Source: the human T2T-CHM13v2.0 reference genome, Homo sapiens. From it: a DNA stretch of 64,000 nucleotides. The notes beneath the pieces are model-generated. The model did no database searches. It saw only the letters and a program-made list of their open reading frames with translations, and had not been told where the DNA came from. The stretch is taken from NCBI RefSeq assembly GCF_009914755.1, contig NC_060928.1; one strand, given 5' to 3'. This document shows positions 13,140-27,434 of the stretch, piece after piece (the first letter of the stretch is position 1; each line of letters starts with the position of its first letter). The position numbers and the translations under genes are program-made.

Positions 13140-14210
13140 AAGTCATTTCTTAATTTTAGCATCTCTTTTTCTATATCTAAATAAGCAGGAAATGAGAAAG
13201 TATTTTTTTTAATTCAGTAAATACTAGTTCATGTGTACCTAACAATCTGTTTAGCATAACTTGTTCCTTTCTTATTTTACTATAGACAGGAAGAAGCAAG
13301 CAGCATCTTCAAAACTTCCCTGGGAAACATCTGAGATAAGTGGTGGTCTAGATCATTAAACAGATATCCTATTTTTCATGTTACTACAAGTGACAAAGTT
13401 TCTAAACTTTCTAATACCACATAACAAGTGTACCCTTTCCTCCGGCCACCAGTATCTACTTTTCTCAAATCTCTCATTGATAGTTTTTTTGAGAGCCATC
13501 GGGCTTCATTAATAATCTCTTACTTTTTGGCTTTTATTACCTCTTCTTTCAAGATTTGTTAAGCTTCCTTTTGTCCGCTTGCCACTTGTTTGCAAAGCCA
13601 TACACACAAATACATAAAATTAAATGTTTTATATAAAACACATAAAATTAAATGTTTTTTATATATGTTAAATATATATATTTGCCAGAATCCCACTTAC
13701 AGATATCAAAGTCTGCTCAAACAAACCCAAAACTTAGTGACTTGAATGACAACATTAATTTTACTCACAAATCTGCAGTTTGGCCAGGGTTCATCAGAGA
13801 GAGTTCATTTCTGCTTCACTCAGTGTCAGTCAGGGAAATTTGAAAACAGTGTTAGAATCACTTGAAAACTCATTCGGGAAAATAATAGAGGTTGATGGTA
13901 ACTATTGGCTGAGTCTTCAGCTTGTTCTGGGGTTGGGGCTGGAAATCCTACACATGGCCAATCCATGTGGCTGCTTGGATTCTGTACCGAAGGACAGCTG
14001 TTTTCTAAGATCAAGCCTCCTAAAAGGATCAGACAAAAGCTTTCTTTCCTTTATAATTTAGACATGGAAGTTACATAGTGTTACTTTTGTAATAGTTGAA
14101 CCCCACCTTATTCAAGAGGAAACAGCATAAGCTCTACCTCTCAATTATGGAAAGAACATTTAAGATAGAATATATTGGTATATCCATCTTTGGAAATTAG
14201 AATCTGTCAC
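13140..14210 (-). mobile_element. MLT1 (F/G/H-like) LTR (about 13712-14210) with adjacent MLT-internal sequence
   Basis: cccaaaacttagtgacttgaa...ctcacaaatctgcagtttggccaggg...catctttggaaattagaatctgtcaca is antisense MLT1 LTR; cccacttacagatatcaaa marks the internal/LTR junction. Confidence 0.7.
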
Positions 14211-14314
14211 AACAAAACTTTTTTAATATGAGAAAACAAATCCCTAGTTGATTAAGCCATTACAGTCAAACTCATAACATGCATATATTTTGTTATGGAT
14301 ATATATGTTTTGGT

Positions 14315-14789
<475 letters not shown>

Positions 14790-14939
14790 TTAAAGTTCTT
14801 TGACCACGGTCAACTATGAAGCTCCATGTTGTGTTACATTCTGACGCACAGTTGCCTTGGCACACAGCCTCATGGATCTGATTTGCTTCTGAGGCTTAAA
14901 GGTGGCTTGGTTTATAAATTGCTCAGGAATTATAAGTAA

Positions 14940-14977
14940 GTGTGTGTTTGTGCGTGTGTGTGTGTGTATGTTTGTGT
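14940..14977. repeat. Imperfect (TG)n microsatellite
   Basis: gtgtgtgtttgtgcgtgtgtgtgtgtgtatgtttgtgt. Confidence 0.85.
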
Positions 14978-16309
14978 CGAGGAACAAAAGCAAAGACTAT
15001 AAAAACAGAGAGCAACCAACAAAATGAATTCAGTTCCTTGGCAATAACTTTCTAAGACATTTTATTGGTAACCTCAATCTGCTCTACAATTTCCTAATGA
15101 AACAAATTTTATGTAACCCTGAACTTGTGCACCAAGACGAAATGAAAGAGGTAAGAATGGTTTTAAGTCATAAAACATAAAACATAAAAATGTTTTAATT
15201 TTTCATGAGAGACCAGGAATAGCAAGGTCGTGTGAGAATATCTAAAATAATCTATCCTGAAAGCATAAGAAACCCCAAAACATAGCAGTAATGTCATTAG
15301 TCATATTATGTTCAGTAGAAATAAGACAAACTGTTGCTACTATTGTTAGATGTATTGTTTAAAGTAGTATTGCCAGAATGTCATACATTGGATTGCATAA
15401 TATTTACACTCACATTTCTTCCAAAGCATACATTCAATAATTTTTTTAAAGTGTCTCAGAGAAAAAAAATGAAACATTTTTTCACCTATGACACGTGCAA
15501 TTACTTCACCGTCTAAGGAATGCATGTTGTAAATACTGGATTTATAGCAACACCTCAGATAATTACACAGTTTACGGGGTACTAAGCAGGAAAAGAATTG
15601 CTGACTGTCCACACAATGTCCTCTTTTATTCACTACTAGTCTCAGAAGAATGTGACCATATAGGTTAACTATGTTTATGTTGTTCTCAAGGAGAAGACAG
15701 TTAAAAGGCAATATTCTTTTTAACAAGCTGAACCAACTTGTTGGAAAGAAATAAAACCTTATAAAAATTGGAACAAATATCTTCAAACCAATATGTTATT
15801 TGAAACACTATTTTACATGGTACATTCATTTTTGTCTCACCCTCACATAACTCTGCAAATAGCTATTCAATTCAAACTGTCTCAAGGGTAAAAGTATAAA
15901 GCTCAATGTTTCTGTTGGATTTAGTGGAGCTCATAGAGCGTCTGGATTTGTTGGTCATGGCATTCCCTCTTAAACCCTCAAGTGTCTGTTTGAGCCAGTT
16001 TATACCAGAACAATTCAACAATTCAGGGTTTCCTTTTGTGTGTAGAAACATGTGTTTACACAACTTCAGTCTGAATGAATAAGAACCTGTTATTATTTAC
16101 TGAAAAAAAATGACAAGATGATATATAGCTTTTGTACCTAGTAATCTTTATTCTACTCATATATTTTAATACTTTAATAAGTTGTAGGATATGGCCTAAA
16201 TCTCTTTGCTTTAAACTACTTCTAAAAGTAAATACTCATTCAGAAAACATATTTCAAGAGCAATATTTTCACATTTTTTAAAAACACAATTTGTTATTTA
16301 TACCTAAAG

Positions 16310-16864
<555 letters not shown>

Positions 16865-18904
16865 GTAAAGGCAAATTCATCATTAGGAATATTAGCATTG
16901 TTACATCTGCTTGTGTATAGAATTTTGTAAAACTCAAATCGAGAGAAAACAGATCATAAGATAATAACCAATTAGAGAGACTTCTCTTTACTCAAAGTTT
17001 GTGCTACAACGACTATACGTATATAAAGAAAAGAATGGAATATCAACCAATAGAATAAGTTTAAAAGGAGGAAGATATGGTGGAATAATTCTCTGTTGCC
17101 TCATCTGATGTTGACTGCTCCTTTCCCTATTTTGTAAATTCAGGGTTTGACTTCTTAAAGTTGATGTATTTAAGAGAAAGGACACAAGAAAGAAAATGGG
17201 AAAGGAATGGAAGGTACTTACTTCACTTACACTTCTACTGTTTCAGCATTACTAATTTCTGGATGTGAAAGTCCTCTAAGTAAATTACTCATTAGCAAAT
17301 CAGCAGCACATTATTACATTCTTGAGTAGAAATATTTTGTGCAATCTAAATACAGAAATAAAAGTGGTATTAAAAATACTGCATATGAGACAGATAAATT
17401 CCTCTTCACTGTAGGGTACTACAAGGACCATGCTTACATAAACAGAATAACATAATTGAGATGAAACAATTCTATTCCTAAAAAGTTTTCATGAGTTCTT
17501 TGGAAATTAGCTAACTCTGAGGATATCTGGCCTGCAGTTTCCTCATGCTGGATGCAATAACTTCCCTGATTGGTCATTTGCAACTCCTTGCTTATCCTTT
17601 AGTATCTGGAAATTTGATCAATTATTTGGCCTGAGATAGTCTCCCCCATTCAGGTGGTTTCCAATGATAAAATCAAAGATGACTCTTTTATGGTTATGCT
17701 TCATAAGTGAATTCATTTGGGGTATCATATACTCACACATTTTTTCTGCAATAAAATCTTGGAGCATGTGCTGAATTCCTATGCAAGATTACTTCTCCCT
17801 TCTTATCTGTGTGGCCTCAGTTCTGGTCCTAGATAAAGTCCTAGGAGACATATTTCAAACTCTCCTCTTGATCCATTTGAAGCCCTCCTCTATATGAAGT
17901 GAAAGGCAGGGACCTGTCCACCGCAACCTCTTATAGTTGGGGTGGGGTGAAGAAATGGGATTCAGGCCACAGCAAGAGTTCTCTATTCAAAAAAATTTTT
18001 TTTCCCATTCAGCAAGCCTTCTCTCTGCCTCAAAATCTCTTTCCTAGGCTGCTAAAGAAAAAAAAAAACTATTCAGCTCAGTATTGTCTAGAAACTTCAG
18101 CTGAAACAAAGTAAAAGGATTGTATTTATAATCTTCTTGCATAGTTATAATCACATTCTTTGAATTAAGGTAGGAGTTCTAGATAATCCACTGAAGGAAA
18201 GTGACTTGTGCAAAATAAGAGAACATGAGATCATATTGCTACCCTGACAGCAATAGAGGTGGGGAAGAGAAATTACCTGCAAAATGCATGGAAAGAATGT
18301 GTTATTGAGAACATGTTTTGGAAAAAGAGGTCAAGAGAACAAGATGATTGGGAACATTAGCACTGTTACATCTACAATGCTGTTACCCACATTACTTTGG
18401 GGAGTTTGCTGTGTCTTCAGCATACAACTGCTTTTATCTGTAAATGGAATGAGTTTTAACATTCATTGACAGGGAAACTAACAGTTCTTGAAATTTTATA
18501 TGACAAATCCTGTGATAGGCATGTCCAAATAGATAATTATATCCCAACAGCCCTAAAGGCTATAGTAAATAATTTTCCCATTTTATAAACAAGTAAATTG
18601 CCACATGAAAAGCTAAGTTTTACTCTCAGAATAACTTATTGAGTAACACGGCACTGTTTTTGTTCAAAGCTTATTGTTCTAGAAAGTTGTCTCTTCATGG
18701 ACTAGGAAGTTTTTATTTACTTTTACTATAGTTTTAGAAATTTAGAATGAGTCATTTGATCTAAGTATGTCCTATTGAACATTATATATTTCCTCTAAGG
18801 TCCATATTACATGTCTATTTCAGCTATGATCTTGTTAATATGCATATATTTAGAATTTTTAGCCCTAAATGGTGAATCAGTTTTAAAGTTTGCTTAACCA
18901 GTAA

Positions 18905-19493
18905 TGTTATAGGACTACCAAGTTCATATGCCCACTATGTAGTAACATACCACTACACCAAGACAGAAGGGTTTGCAGCAGAGGAGGAGTTTAATGACAC
19001 ACAGCGGCCATGTGAGGAGATGGAAAAGACCATAAAATCAGTCTTCCCAAGGAGTTCTGGGCTGGGGATTTTAAGGAAATAATGGAGGGCGAGGTGCTAG
19101 AAAAATGGGGTTGTTGATTGGTCAGGATAAGGGAAATGAACTCATCAGGATGTGGAAACTGCGTTAGTTGCTAAGTCAGCTCCTCCTGGGGTCCTTCATA
19201 CCAGCTGACATCAGTAGTTTCATTGGTATCCAGAACCTGAAGGAATATCTCAAAGGGAAAACAACATTTTACAATGTCTACATTGTTATATACAGAGCAG
19301 TTAAGGGGAACCATAATCCTGTGATAGGGTCTGAGTGATTCTGGGGCAACAGGCACCAAACAGCTATGAGGAAGAGGGTCAGAGAGCAAGCTGCTTAGTG
19401 ATTAAGGCTGAACATGCTGCAAGCTTGGTTTATTTTCATTTCTCCCCCTCCCTTCTTCCCGGGTTAATTTTAAAATTTATGGGGATAGTTTCA
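18905..19493 (-). mobile_element. ERV1 (MER4-group, LTR26-like) solo LTR
   Basis: Minus strand starts tgaaactatcccc and ends ...ataaca; exact 4-bp TSD GTAA at 18901-18904 and 19494-19497. Confidence 0.82.
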
Positions 19494-20471
19494 GTAACTC
19501 AGGGAAAGTAAAAAGAAGACAAGAATCTGGAGCACAATATTGCTAGATTGTATATTTTGGGTTAACCCAGAATAATTGTGTCAAAAATGTTCTAGTTTGG
19601 CCTGGAGAAGTTATCAGTTGCCACTATAATCAGAAAGAGCATGGGAGCCAGCTGCTGGAATGAAAGGATGGAAGAAAAGAGTGAGGAGACAAGTTTCCTG
19701 TATCACTAGGCTTTGTGATCAACTTTGGGTGCTCAGCAATCTTTTGTTAGTTTGAAAAACCTTCAATTTAAGAAACTACTAATTGCTTTTTGTTGTTTTG
19801 ATTTTGCTTAATTGACGTCTTTAGTAGTAAGCAGCAGACAGAATTTAGCAAGATGATTAGACTGAATTTGCAATTCATGTACACAAAATATGTAATTTCT
19901 GATTCATTTTCCCACTGTCATAAAAACTATACTTTTAATGTGCAACTGTGGATATGAATTTTAGTTTTTATTTCTCACAATGTTTTGGTTGGCTGTAGTG
20001 TGTAAATGACACACTTCCTCATTTATAGTCAAATGCTGTCTTTGGTTCCCAAATCCTTTTCTTGCCTACAGCAACTTCACCTGAATATACTTCCTTAAAA
20101 TGTAAATAATTTTGTTAAGAAATAAATCCTTAAATTTGAGGTAAACTACAGTGACTTTTAGGTTAGTGACTGATCCTCAGCAGTTGTTTCAGATTGATGC
20201 TTAATCAATTTAGTGTTTTTAACCAAACATCAATTTCTAAAATTAGCTCCTCAAGATACAGCTTTCATTGAAGAGAATAGCCTAAATGCCTGTCTTCCTT
20301 TAATTGTTTGGTTAGCCAGGGAAGAAGGAGGTACTACCATGAAGCGACATGCAAGTGAAGTTCATTGCCATGGTTAGTAATGTTTTCTGAGTGGTTAGTA
20401 ATCACTGTTTTCTGAGGGCTATCTAGGGAAAAAATGAGATGGTGAAATTCACAGTGGTTTAAGTTTCTGTT

Positions 20472-20495
20472 AAAAAAAAAAAAAAAAAAAAAAAA
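20472..20495 (+). repeat. Isolated A24 homopolymer
   Basis: Read directly; no adjacent Alu or L1 body. Confidence 0.9.
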
Positions 20496-21886
20496 CTTTC
20501 TTTCAATGTATTTCCCTTCTATGCCCTAATTTCATAGACCATGGTCAAAATTACAAGTTTGGCATCTCGAGTTTCTGGGGCTATAACAATTTTTCCCAGC
20601 TAGTAGCAGATTCATTTCTGCTAAAATTCTATTACTCTAAGCTATTTCTCTCAAGGATTGTAACAATTCTTCTGAAAACAGATCAGCAGCTTTCAGTATA
20701 ATCTGACTTCATCTAACTGGAACAAGGTCCACTTCTGGTAAATCCTGCAACTGAATGTGACAGGAATAGAAAACTCTATTTCAGTGCCTTGCAGGGTGTG
20801 ATGAAAGGCATTTGGAAAGTGATTTGGATTATTTTTATTGTTTTTTTAGACCTAGGCTTAGTATTAGCTTTTGTTCTGTTTTATTTTCAACAATGATTTA
20901 GAATGACAGCATTTATATTTTAAGTAGAAACAAATTAAAAGACAGCTCTCTTTCAGGTGTTTGCTAAGCATACAAGTAAACAAAGGTTTTTTTAGAAACA
21001 TTTTAATATTATATCATCCAAATAAAATAAGTTCTGAAATAAATGCTGAATTCTACACTCATCTATGTTTATTCACAAATGTTTATAAACACACATGTAC
21101 ATATTTACAGCCTAGCACTGCAGATACTAAAACGAAAAAGAAAAAAAAATCACCTTTGTCTTAACATATAAGGAGAACAGAAAAGAAGCAAAGAGAAAGA
21201 GGTTAGCAAAGAGGAAAGAAAGCAAGCAAGAGAGAACTAAAATCATTTGAACTATATTTCTTTTAATAGTCTACAATCACTTGAGATCATTTAAAGCTTC
21301 ATTTGGTCAAGAAAGTTATTTACTGCAAAATATTTTAATGACATAAAAATAACCAATTAGATATGTGTAGAAAAAATATTAAACAATATAGGAACAATTA
21401 AATACAAGAGTCATAAAACAACATTCAAGGAAGAGAAGGAATTATTGGAAGCTATGAAAGTTGTTTGTTTTATACTGTTTGTTCAACAACAGATCATCTG
21501 GAATTAAGATAAAGATTTTGGAGGATATTCCTGACAGAAAAAACAGCTTGCTTAATATGGGGTCCTGTGTAATCTCACACGCTGTGGAAACAGAGTTGGA
21601 AACCAGACTAGGAACAGAAAACAATATAGGGCTCCCTATTAGAACCGTCAACCAACTTATACAGAAGATGGCCCAGAACCAAGAGCTCATAAAATAAGAG
21701 AGCAGAGAGAAATGGAAGATTCAACAATCTCCATATAAGAAATCAACATGGCATTTCAGAGAAGATGTGAAGTAAGAAATCAGAGGAAGACATTTACCTC
21801 CCTTTAGGTAAGGAAAAAAGACAATAGCCAACATACAAAAGTCAAGGAATATATAGACAGTTTTACCAAGTCAAAACAGAGAACTA

Positions 21887-22249
<363 letters not shown>

Positions 22250-22920
22250 CAAGGTAGATATATCTATATATCAAGTAATCATAGTAGGTGACCAATGAAC
22301 TGGGCTCAGTTTGACTTTGAATTTCAAATAACTTTCGTCTCAAAAGTATGCTTCCTGTTGGGGTAAGAGAGAATCTCTGGGTAAGGAATGGTCAATGCTG
22401 ATAAAATAAAAAATGCACATTATGCAGATTAGTAAGTGGGCATCACTTGGGGTACTGAAAAATGAGAGCTCATTTAGATGTCAGCAGAAGTTAATAGAAG
22501 AAAGGTAAATGAAAATATAAAAAGGAATTGTTGGTTGAGCAGAAGAATCAACTAAACTAAGTACCTTCTGGTATAAAAAGATTCTAAAATGTATAATTAC
22601 ACAAACATAATACAAGTTTGTTTCTTTTTCATGTCAATAGTAATGGGTGATACCATCCTCCATGCACTTATTCAGGACCTTAAGTTAACAGAAGTTCTGT
22701 GATTTTTTAACACATGGCTGTAAATGGGTTTATCTTCATTCCAAAGGGTAGAAAAGCATTCTGTACTCTAGCAGTCAAGAATATGCTACTCTCAAATCTC
22801 TGACTATGGGGAGTAAAATTGACTATGGTCTCAGCTGCTGTGCTTTGAAAATCAACACTGCAATTATGCCACACTTCCCACAGGCTGCTCCCAACTGGTG
22901 ACTGGGCATGTCAAGAATAA

Positions 22921-23729
22921 TGTTACCAGGCCGGGCGCAGTGGCTCACGCCTGTAATCCCAGCACTTTGGGAGGCCGAGGCGGGCGGATCACGAGGTCAG
23001 GAGATCGAGACCATCCTGGCTAACACGGTGAAACCCCGTCTCTACTAAAAATACAAAAAATTAGCCGGGCGAGGTGGCGGGCGCCTGTAGTCCCAGCTAC
23101 TCGGGAGGCTGAGGCAAGAGAATGGCGTGAACCCCAGGGGGCGGAGCTTGCAGTGAGCTGAGATTGCGCCACTGCACTCCAGCCTGGGCGACAGCGAGAC
23201 TCCGTCTCAAAAAAAAAAAAAAAAAAAGAATAATGTTACCAAAATGCCAAGGGTTTGGTCTAGGTCCTGTGGCTCATCACACATAAAGCCAATCAAAGAG
23301 ACAATGAGTATTGCCACGGAAGAAGGCTTTATTTGGATGCTGTAGCCAAGGAGTTGAGAGGTAAGTCTCAATTCTATCTCCCCCACTGACTTAAATTAGG
23401 GGTTCATATAGCAGTGAAGAAATCTAACGATATGTGGAAAAATAGGAATTAGGGAGAGGTAAGGAAGCGGAGTTGGTCAACAGGCAGCAAATGGTCAGTG
23501 AGGCAGTCATAATGGACGAGGGGTCTGGTGTTTCATTGTCCAGATGTAGTGATCTGGTAAATTTCAGTTCCTTGGTACTATCTGGGAGGCCTGATGATCA
23601 ATTTCCTGAGAAAGGAACTTTGATAAGGCAAATGCAATTTTCTCAAGTTTTAAGACTGGGAGAGTCCATTTCTATGTTTATAAAAAAAATCATAGACATA
23701 AATTCTATGAGGAAATTTGACTGGTTTCA
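22921..23729 (-). mobile_element. ERV1 MER4-group solo LTR (family unresolved), with an Alu inserted 8 bp inside one end
   Basis: Termini tgttacca...ggtttca; flanks ataa/ctaa (4-bp TSD, one mismatch); antisense AATAAA at ggctttattt. Confidence 0.78.
22929..23225 (+). mobile_element. AluYe-like young Alu
   Basis: Near-consensus and CpG-rich; ccgggcgAggtgg, gaacccc(a)ggggg and gcgacagcgagac variants; perfect 16-bp TSD AAGAATAATGTTACCA. Confidence 0.93.
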
Positions 23730-24026
23730 CTAACGCAAGACTACTACTCCTAGGGACAAGCACTCCTGTAATGTGCATCTTTGGCTTGAGAACCCCCAGT
23801 CTGCTTCAGTGAAACTTTCTTAGAATTGCACTATAGTCTAAGACTTTTCTATACAATTTTCCTTCCTCCAACATCTCCTCCATAGGAGTCAGACCTACAT
23901 CAAGTTCTGAGCAGTTTCCCAACCTCTTCTGACTCTTCATATTCCTTCCGATGATTTTCCCCAATAAATCACTTACATGTCTAAACCTGTCTGCTATCTG
24001 CTTCTCAGAGGACCCAAACGAATGCA

Positions 24027-26670
24027 AGGAGTGCCAGAAAACAGGCGGTAAAATAGGGTCTGGTAATAGGTCACTCACTAATTGGCAGGCAAAGAGGATG
24101 TCATCCTGAAGAATATGGGAAACATAGTCCCTGCCACATTGTGCAGAGAAATGGCTTTACAGATTTAATGATTCCAGCAATTCAAAAATATTATGGCAAT
24201 GATGCTTAAAAGGCATCAGAGCTTATTACTGCAATTTTGAATAAAAATGCTCAAGCTGCTGTGACTCATAGTGGAGGAGGAATAAAAAGGCCAAGTACAG
24301 TGGGAATGCTGAAATGAATATATCATATTAGGCCAAATAATACCACCATGTTATATTCCATGTGAGATTCCAAAACACATACCATTTTCCAAGGCCATCA
24401 GGAATGTGCTGGTGAGAGGATTACACAAAAATTACACAAAAAGTACAGTTGTGGCCCTCCTCTGCAGTCACAAAGCTTTCTCTTTAACATCCATGATAAT
24501 GATGTGCCAAGACGTAACAGGAGTCAGATGGCAGTGTTTAGCTGCCAGAAACCAGAAGCCCCAAATTACTGTATGCACATCAACATTTAAGGAGCAGCCA
24601 AAAATTGCTGACTGATAGTGTGTTTGAAGATGGCTCCTAGGCAATGGCATCTCTATGGGAAAATAGACACCTAGTCAATAAAGATGCTGCTTAAAATTTA
24701 CAACCAGAAAAAGGCAAGAGTGAAGACACAGGAGGTTGACGGCAGTTGTCCCAGTAAGAAGTCAGCATTATTTGACCAGTTCTCAAAGTAAAGAAGTGGT
24801 CAGGTGTCTGGAAGAAAGGTCCCGCCACACTATGGCAAATGTATATTGTAATCATTACTCTAGTTCTTTTCTAGAGGGACCTAAGACCACTTATTCTGAT
24901 GAGTATAGTGAAAAGGAAAATACTCAAATGTTTTGCAGAGCCCTGGGTCTAGTCTACATTGATACCCAGAGACCTAAATTGGCATTAAATTTCCCTGTTA
25001 CAGCAGGAGATATTTAGTAGGTAGAATGATCCCCACACGCAGCTGCTGGGATGTGGAGTAAGAATCTATTCTTATTGGAATCATTCCACCAGCTAAGTAG
25101 ACAAATGACTAGGCCAGCAGCCTTTAACGAGTCTTTATCATTGGCCACCCCATGATGGCCAATGATAAAGGCATCAGAGCTTATTACTGCAATTTTTGCA
25201 GGCACCCCACTAGCATGATGGACACATTAACAGAATAACATCTGTGTTCAAGACAAGGGACTGTCTTAATCCAATATCATTGTCTCCCACTTTCCAATCC
25301 CTGTTCACTATTTCCTCTGAAAGTCCAATGTGTCAGCAATAGAGCCCAGTGTTATGTACCCAATAGCAGGCAAGGCTAAGTAGAAAGCTCTGTTACCATC
25401 TTCCTTAGCAGCCAAAATTTAAATCAAAAACAGTATTTTATCCAGGGATGAGGGATGATGGAGATTAGTGTTACCATTAAAGGAGCAAAGGATGCAGAGT
25501 AGTAGTCTTTAGCCTGTCTTTGTTTAATTCACCACTCTGTCTCTTGTAGGTGGATTCTGTAAAATATATGTAGATGGTAACTGGATTAACCAAGCCCCAA
25601 TCCCAAGCACTGTGATGTACGTTGTATCATTGCTAGAGTAGAATAATAAGACATCAAGTACATGCTATTGAGCATAAATAAATCATTAATTAAATAGTTA
25701 TTTTTATTCCAGCCAGAAAAGAACAGAAACAGTTTTTATTCACTTAGATACAACAATATTTATTTACAATTTCTCCTGAAGACTATGCTAATTTTCATGT
25801 CCTTGAAAGAGAATGGGAGGAAATATTGCTAATGGGCAGAGATGTGATTTGTGTACTGGGTCATCCAGCTAGCATGGAGAAAAAGTGACCCAAGTAGAAA
25901 TTAAAGGTCAGTGACAAATGGCCTGGGCATCTGGTCAGGGGCATAGAAGAGAAAGGACAGGAAAATCAGAGACAAGCAGGTCTGGGTTAAAGACTTGTGA
26001 AGGCATATATGGAATGGGCATGAAAAGTGAAAACTTGTGTATCACATAATAATAGCCACAACAAATCCACCATGAAGTAAGCACTGAACAACTAAGTAGA
26101 CAAATGAGTAGGCCAGTAGCCTTTAGCCAGTCTTCATCATTGGCCACCCTAGAGCTAGCATGATGGACACATTAACAGAATAACTGTGTTCAGGACAAGG
26201 CCTGTCTGAGTCCAATAGCATAATCTCCCACTTTCCAATCCCTATCCACTATTGCTTCTGAAAGCCCAATATGTCAGCAATAGAGACCAATGCTAAAGTA
26301 ACCAATATGGCATTAATCCTCACGTAATAGCCAATTACATTGAGCCACTTCCATTCTGGAAGAGTTAGTAGTTGTTTCTCACAAGGACAGCTACTTATTT
26401 TGTGTATCAGTTTGCCTCTTTTTCCTACAGATCCTCCGCATAATATCAACACAGCATAATATCCAACCAGAGGCCTCATTTGATAATATAAGAGGTATGG
26501 GAATAATACCATAGCCACGTGATCTACTGGTCATATAGCAGCTCAAAGGCAACACTGTGAAAACATCCTTCAGGATACAGCATATGCATTGAGAGGGTAC
26601 TAATCACCGATAGGAAAAATGCATGGGTCCAGAACTTAGTAGTAGAAACAGGAGTAGCACAATTACCATC
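24027..26670 (+). mobile_element. Decayed ERVL internal region (gag-pol remnants, ERV3-16A3_I-like)
   Basis: RT-like remnants near 25520-25790 (FNSP..., QKQFLFT...); integrase zinc-finger remnant ESPICQQ*RP near 26260-26290; no open frame. Confidence 0.75.
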
Positions 26671-26842
26671 TGTGATGATTTAATTTTCTATGTCAAATGG
26701 GCTGAGTCACGGTGTCCAGATATTTGGTGAACATTGTTATGTATGTTTCTTTTTTAATAAGATTAACATTTAAATATTGGTAGACTTTGAGTAAAGCAGA
26801 TTACCCTCCATAATGTGGGTAAGCCTTGTCCAATCAACTGAA
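26671..26842 (+). mobile_element. MLT2 (ERVL LTR) 5' fragment
   Basis: tgtgatgatttaattttctatgtcaa...ccagatatttgg...gtaaagcagattaccctccataatgtggg. Confidence 0.85.
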
Positions 26843-27094
26843 TATTTAACATAGATATTCACTAAAATATCTTAACATAGATATCAACATGCATTTTATA
26901 ATGATTTTAATAACTTCATGATATTTCATCAGCCATTTGTACCGTTACTTACCTAATTAGTCCTCCATTATCGGATGGCAGTTTTCATTTCTCTTGTTCT
27001 ATAATTATAAATAATGCTACATGATACTTCTACATGAGATTCTTTTGTCAATTGATTAATGTGGAACAGATGTTCCCATATACCTAAGTAATTC

Positions 27095-27395
27095 ATCATA
27101 CTTTAGCTTTGAAGTTAAATATAATTTCCTTAGGAATGCCTTCCCAGAACGCTCTAAACTGGCGTATTCCCTCTTTTCTATACTATTCCAGCATGCTCCA
27201 TGCTATAGCTACAGCATAATTTGTTGCTACAAACTTCTTCAAGGATTTATTTTTTAAAAAATTTGCTCTTCCTCTCACCAAAATGTTCTATGTATGAGGG
27301 CAGAGTCATCATTGCTTGGTTAATATTTTACTCATAGCACACTAATCACCACATAATACATATTCAATATACAATAGTTTAATCATGACTGAATT
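27095..27395 (+). mobile_element. L2 3' fragment
   Basis: ccttaggaatgccttcccaga...tgagggcagagtc...tattcaatatac; highly diverged. Confidence 0.5.
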
Positions 27396-27434
27396 TGCTT
27401 TTTCATAATTTCTTGTTTGTACTAATTTTCTGAT

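Larger units (their letters stand above)
22761..24026 (+). mobile_element. ERVL LTR16-like 5' LTR, split by an ERV1 LTR and an AluY
   Basis: 3' end ttccccaataaatcacttacatgtctaa...tctgcttctcagaggacccaaac resembles LTR16; followed directly by ERVL internal sequence. Confidence 0.7.

Noticed and set aside
13612-13660. Repeat of acataaaattaaatgtttt (similar short duplications near 44347-44410 and 52519-52570)
   Set aside because: Ordinary two-copy slippage duplications; no repeat-spacer array
15100-15156. Strong donor GAG|gtaaga at 15150
   Set aside because: No convincing partner acceptor upstream
15346-15786. 146-aa ORF on the minus strand
   Set aside because: Non-ATG start, AT-rich random-like composition, no domain recognised
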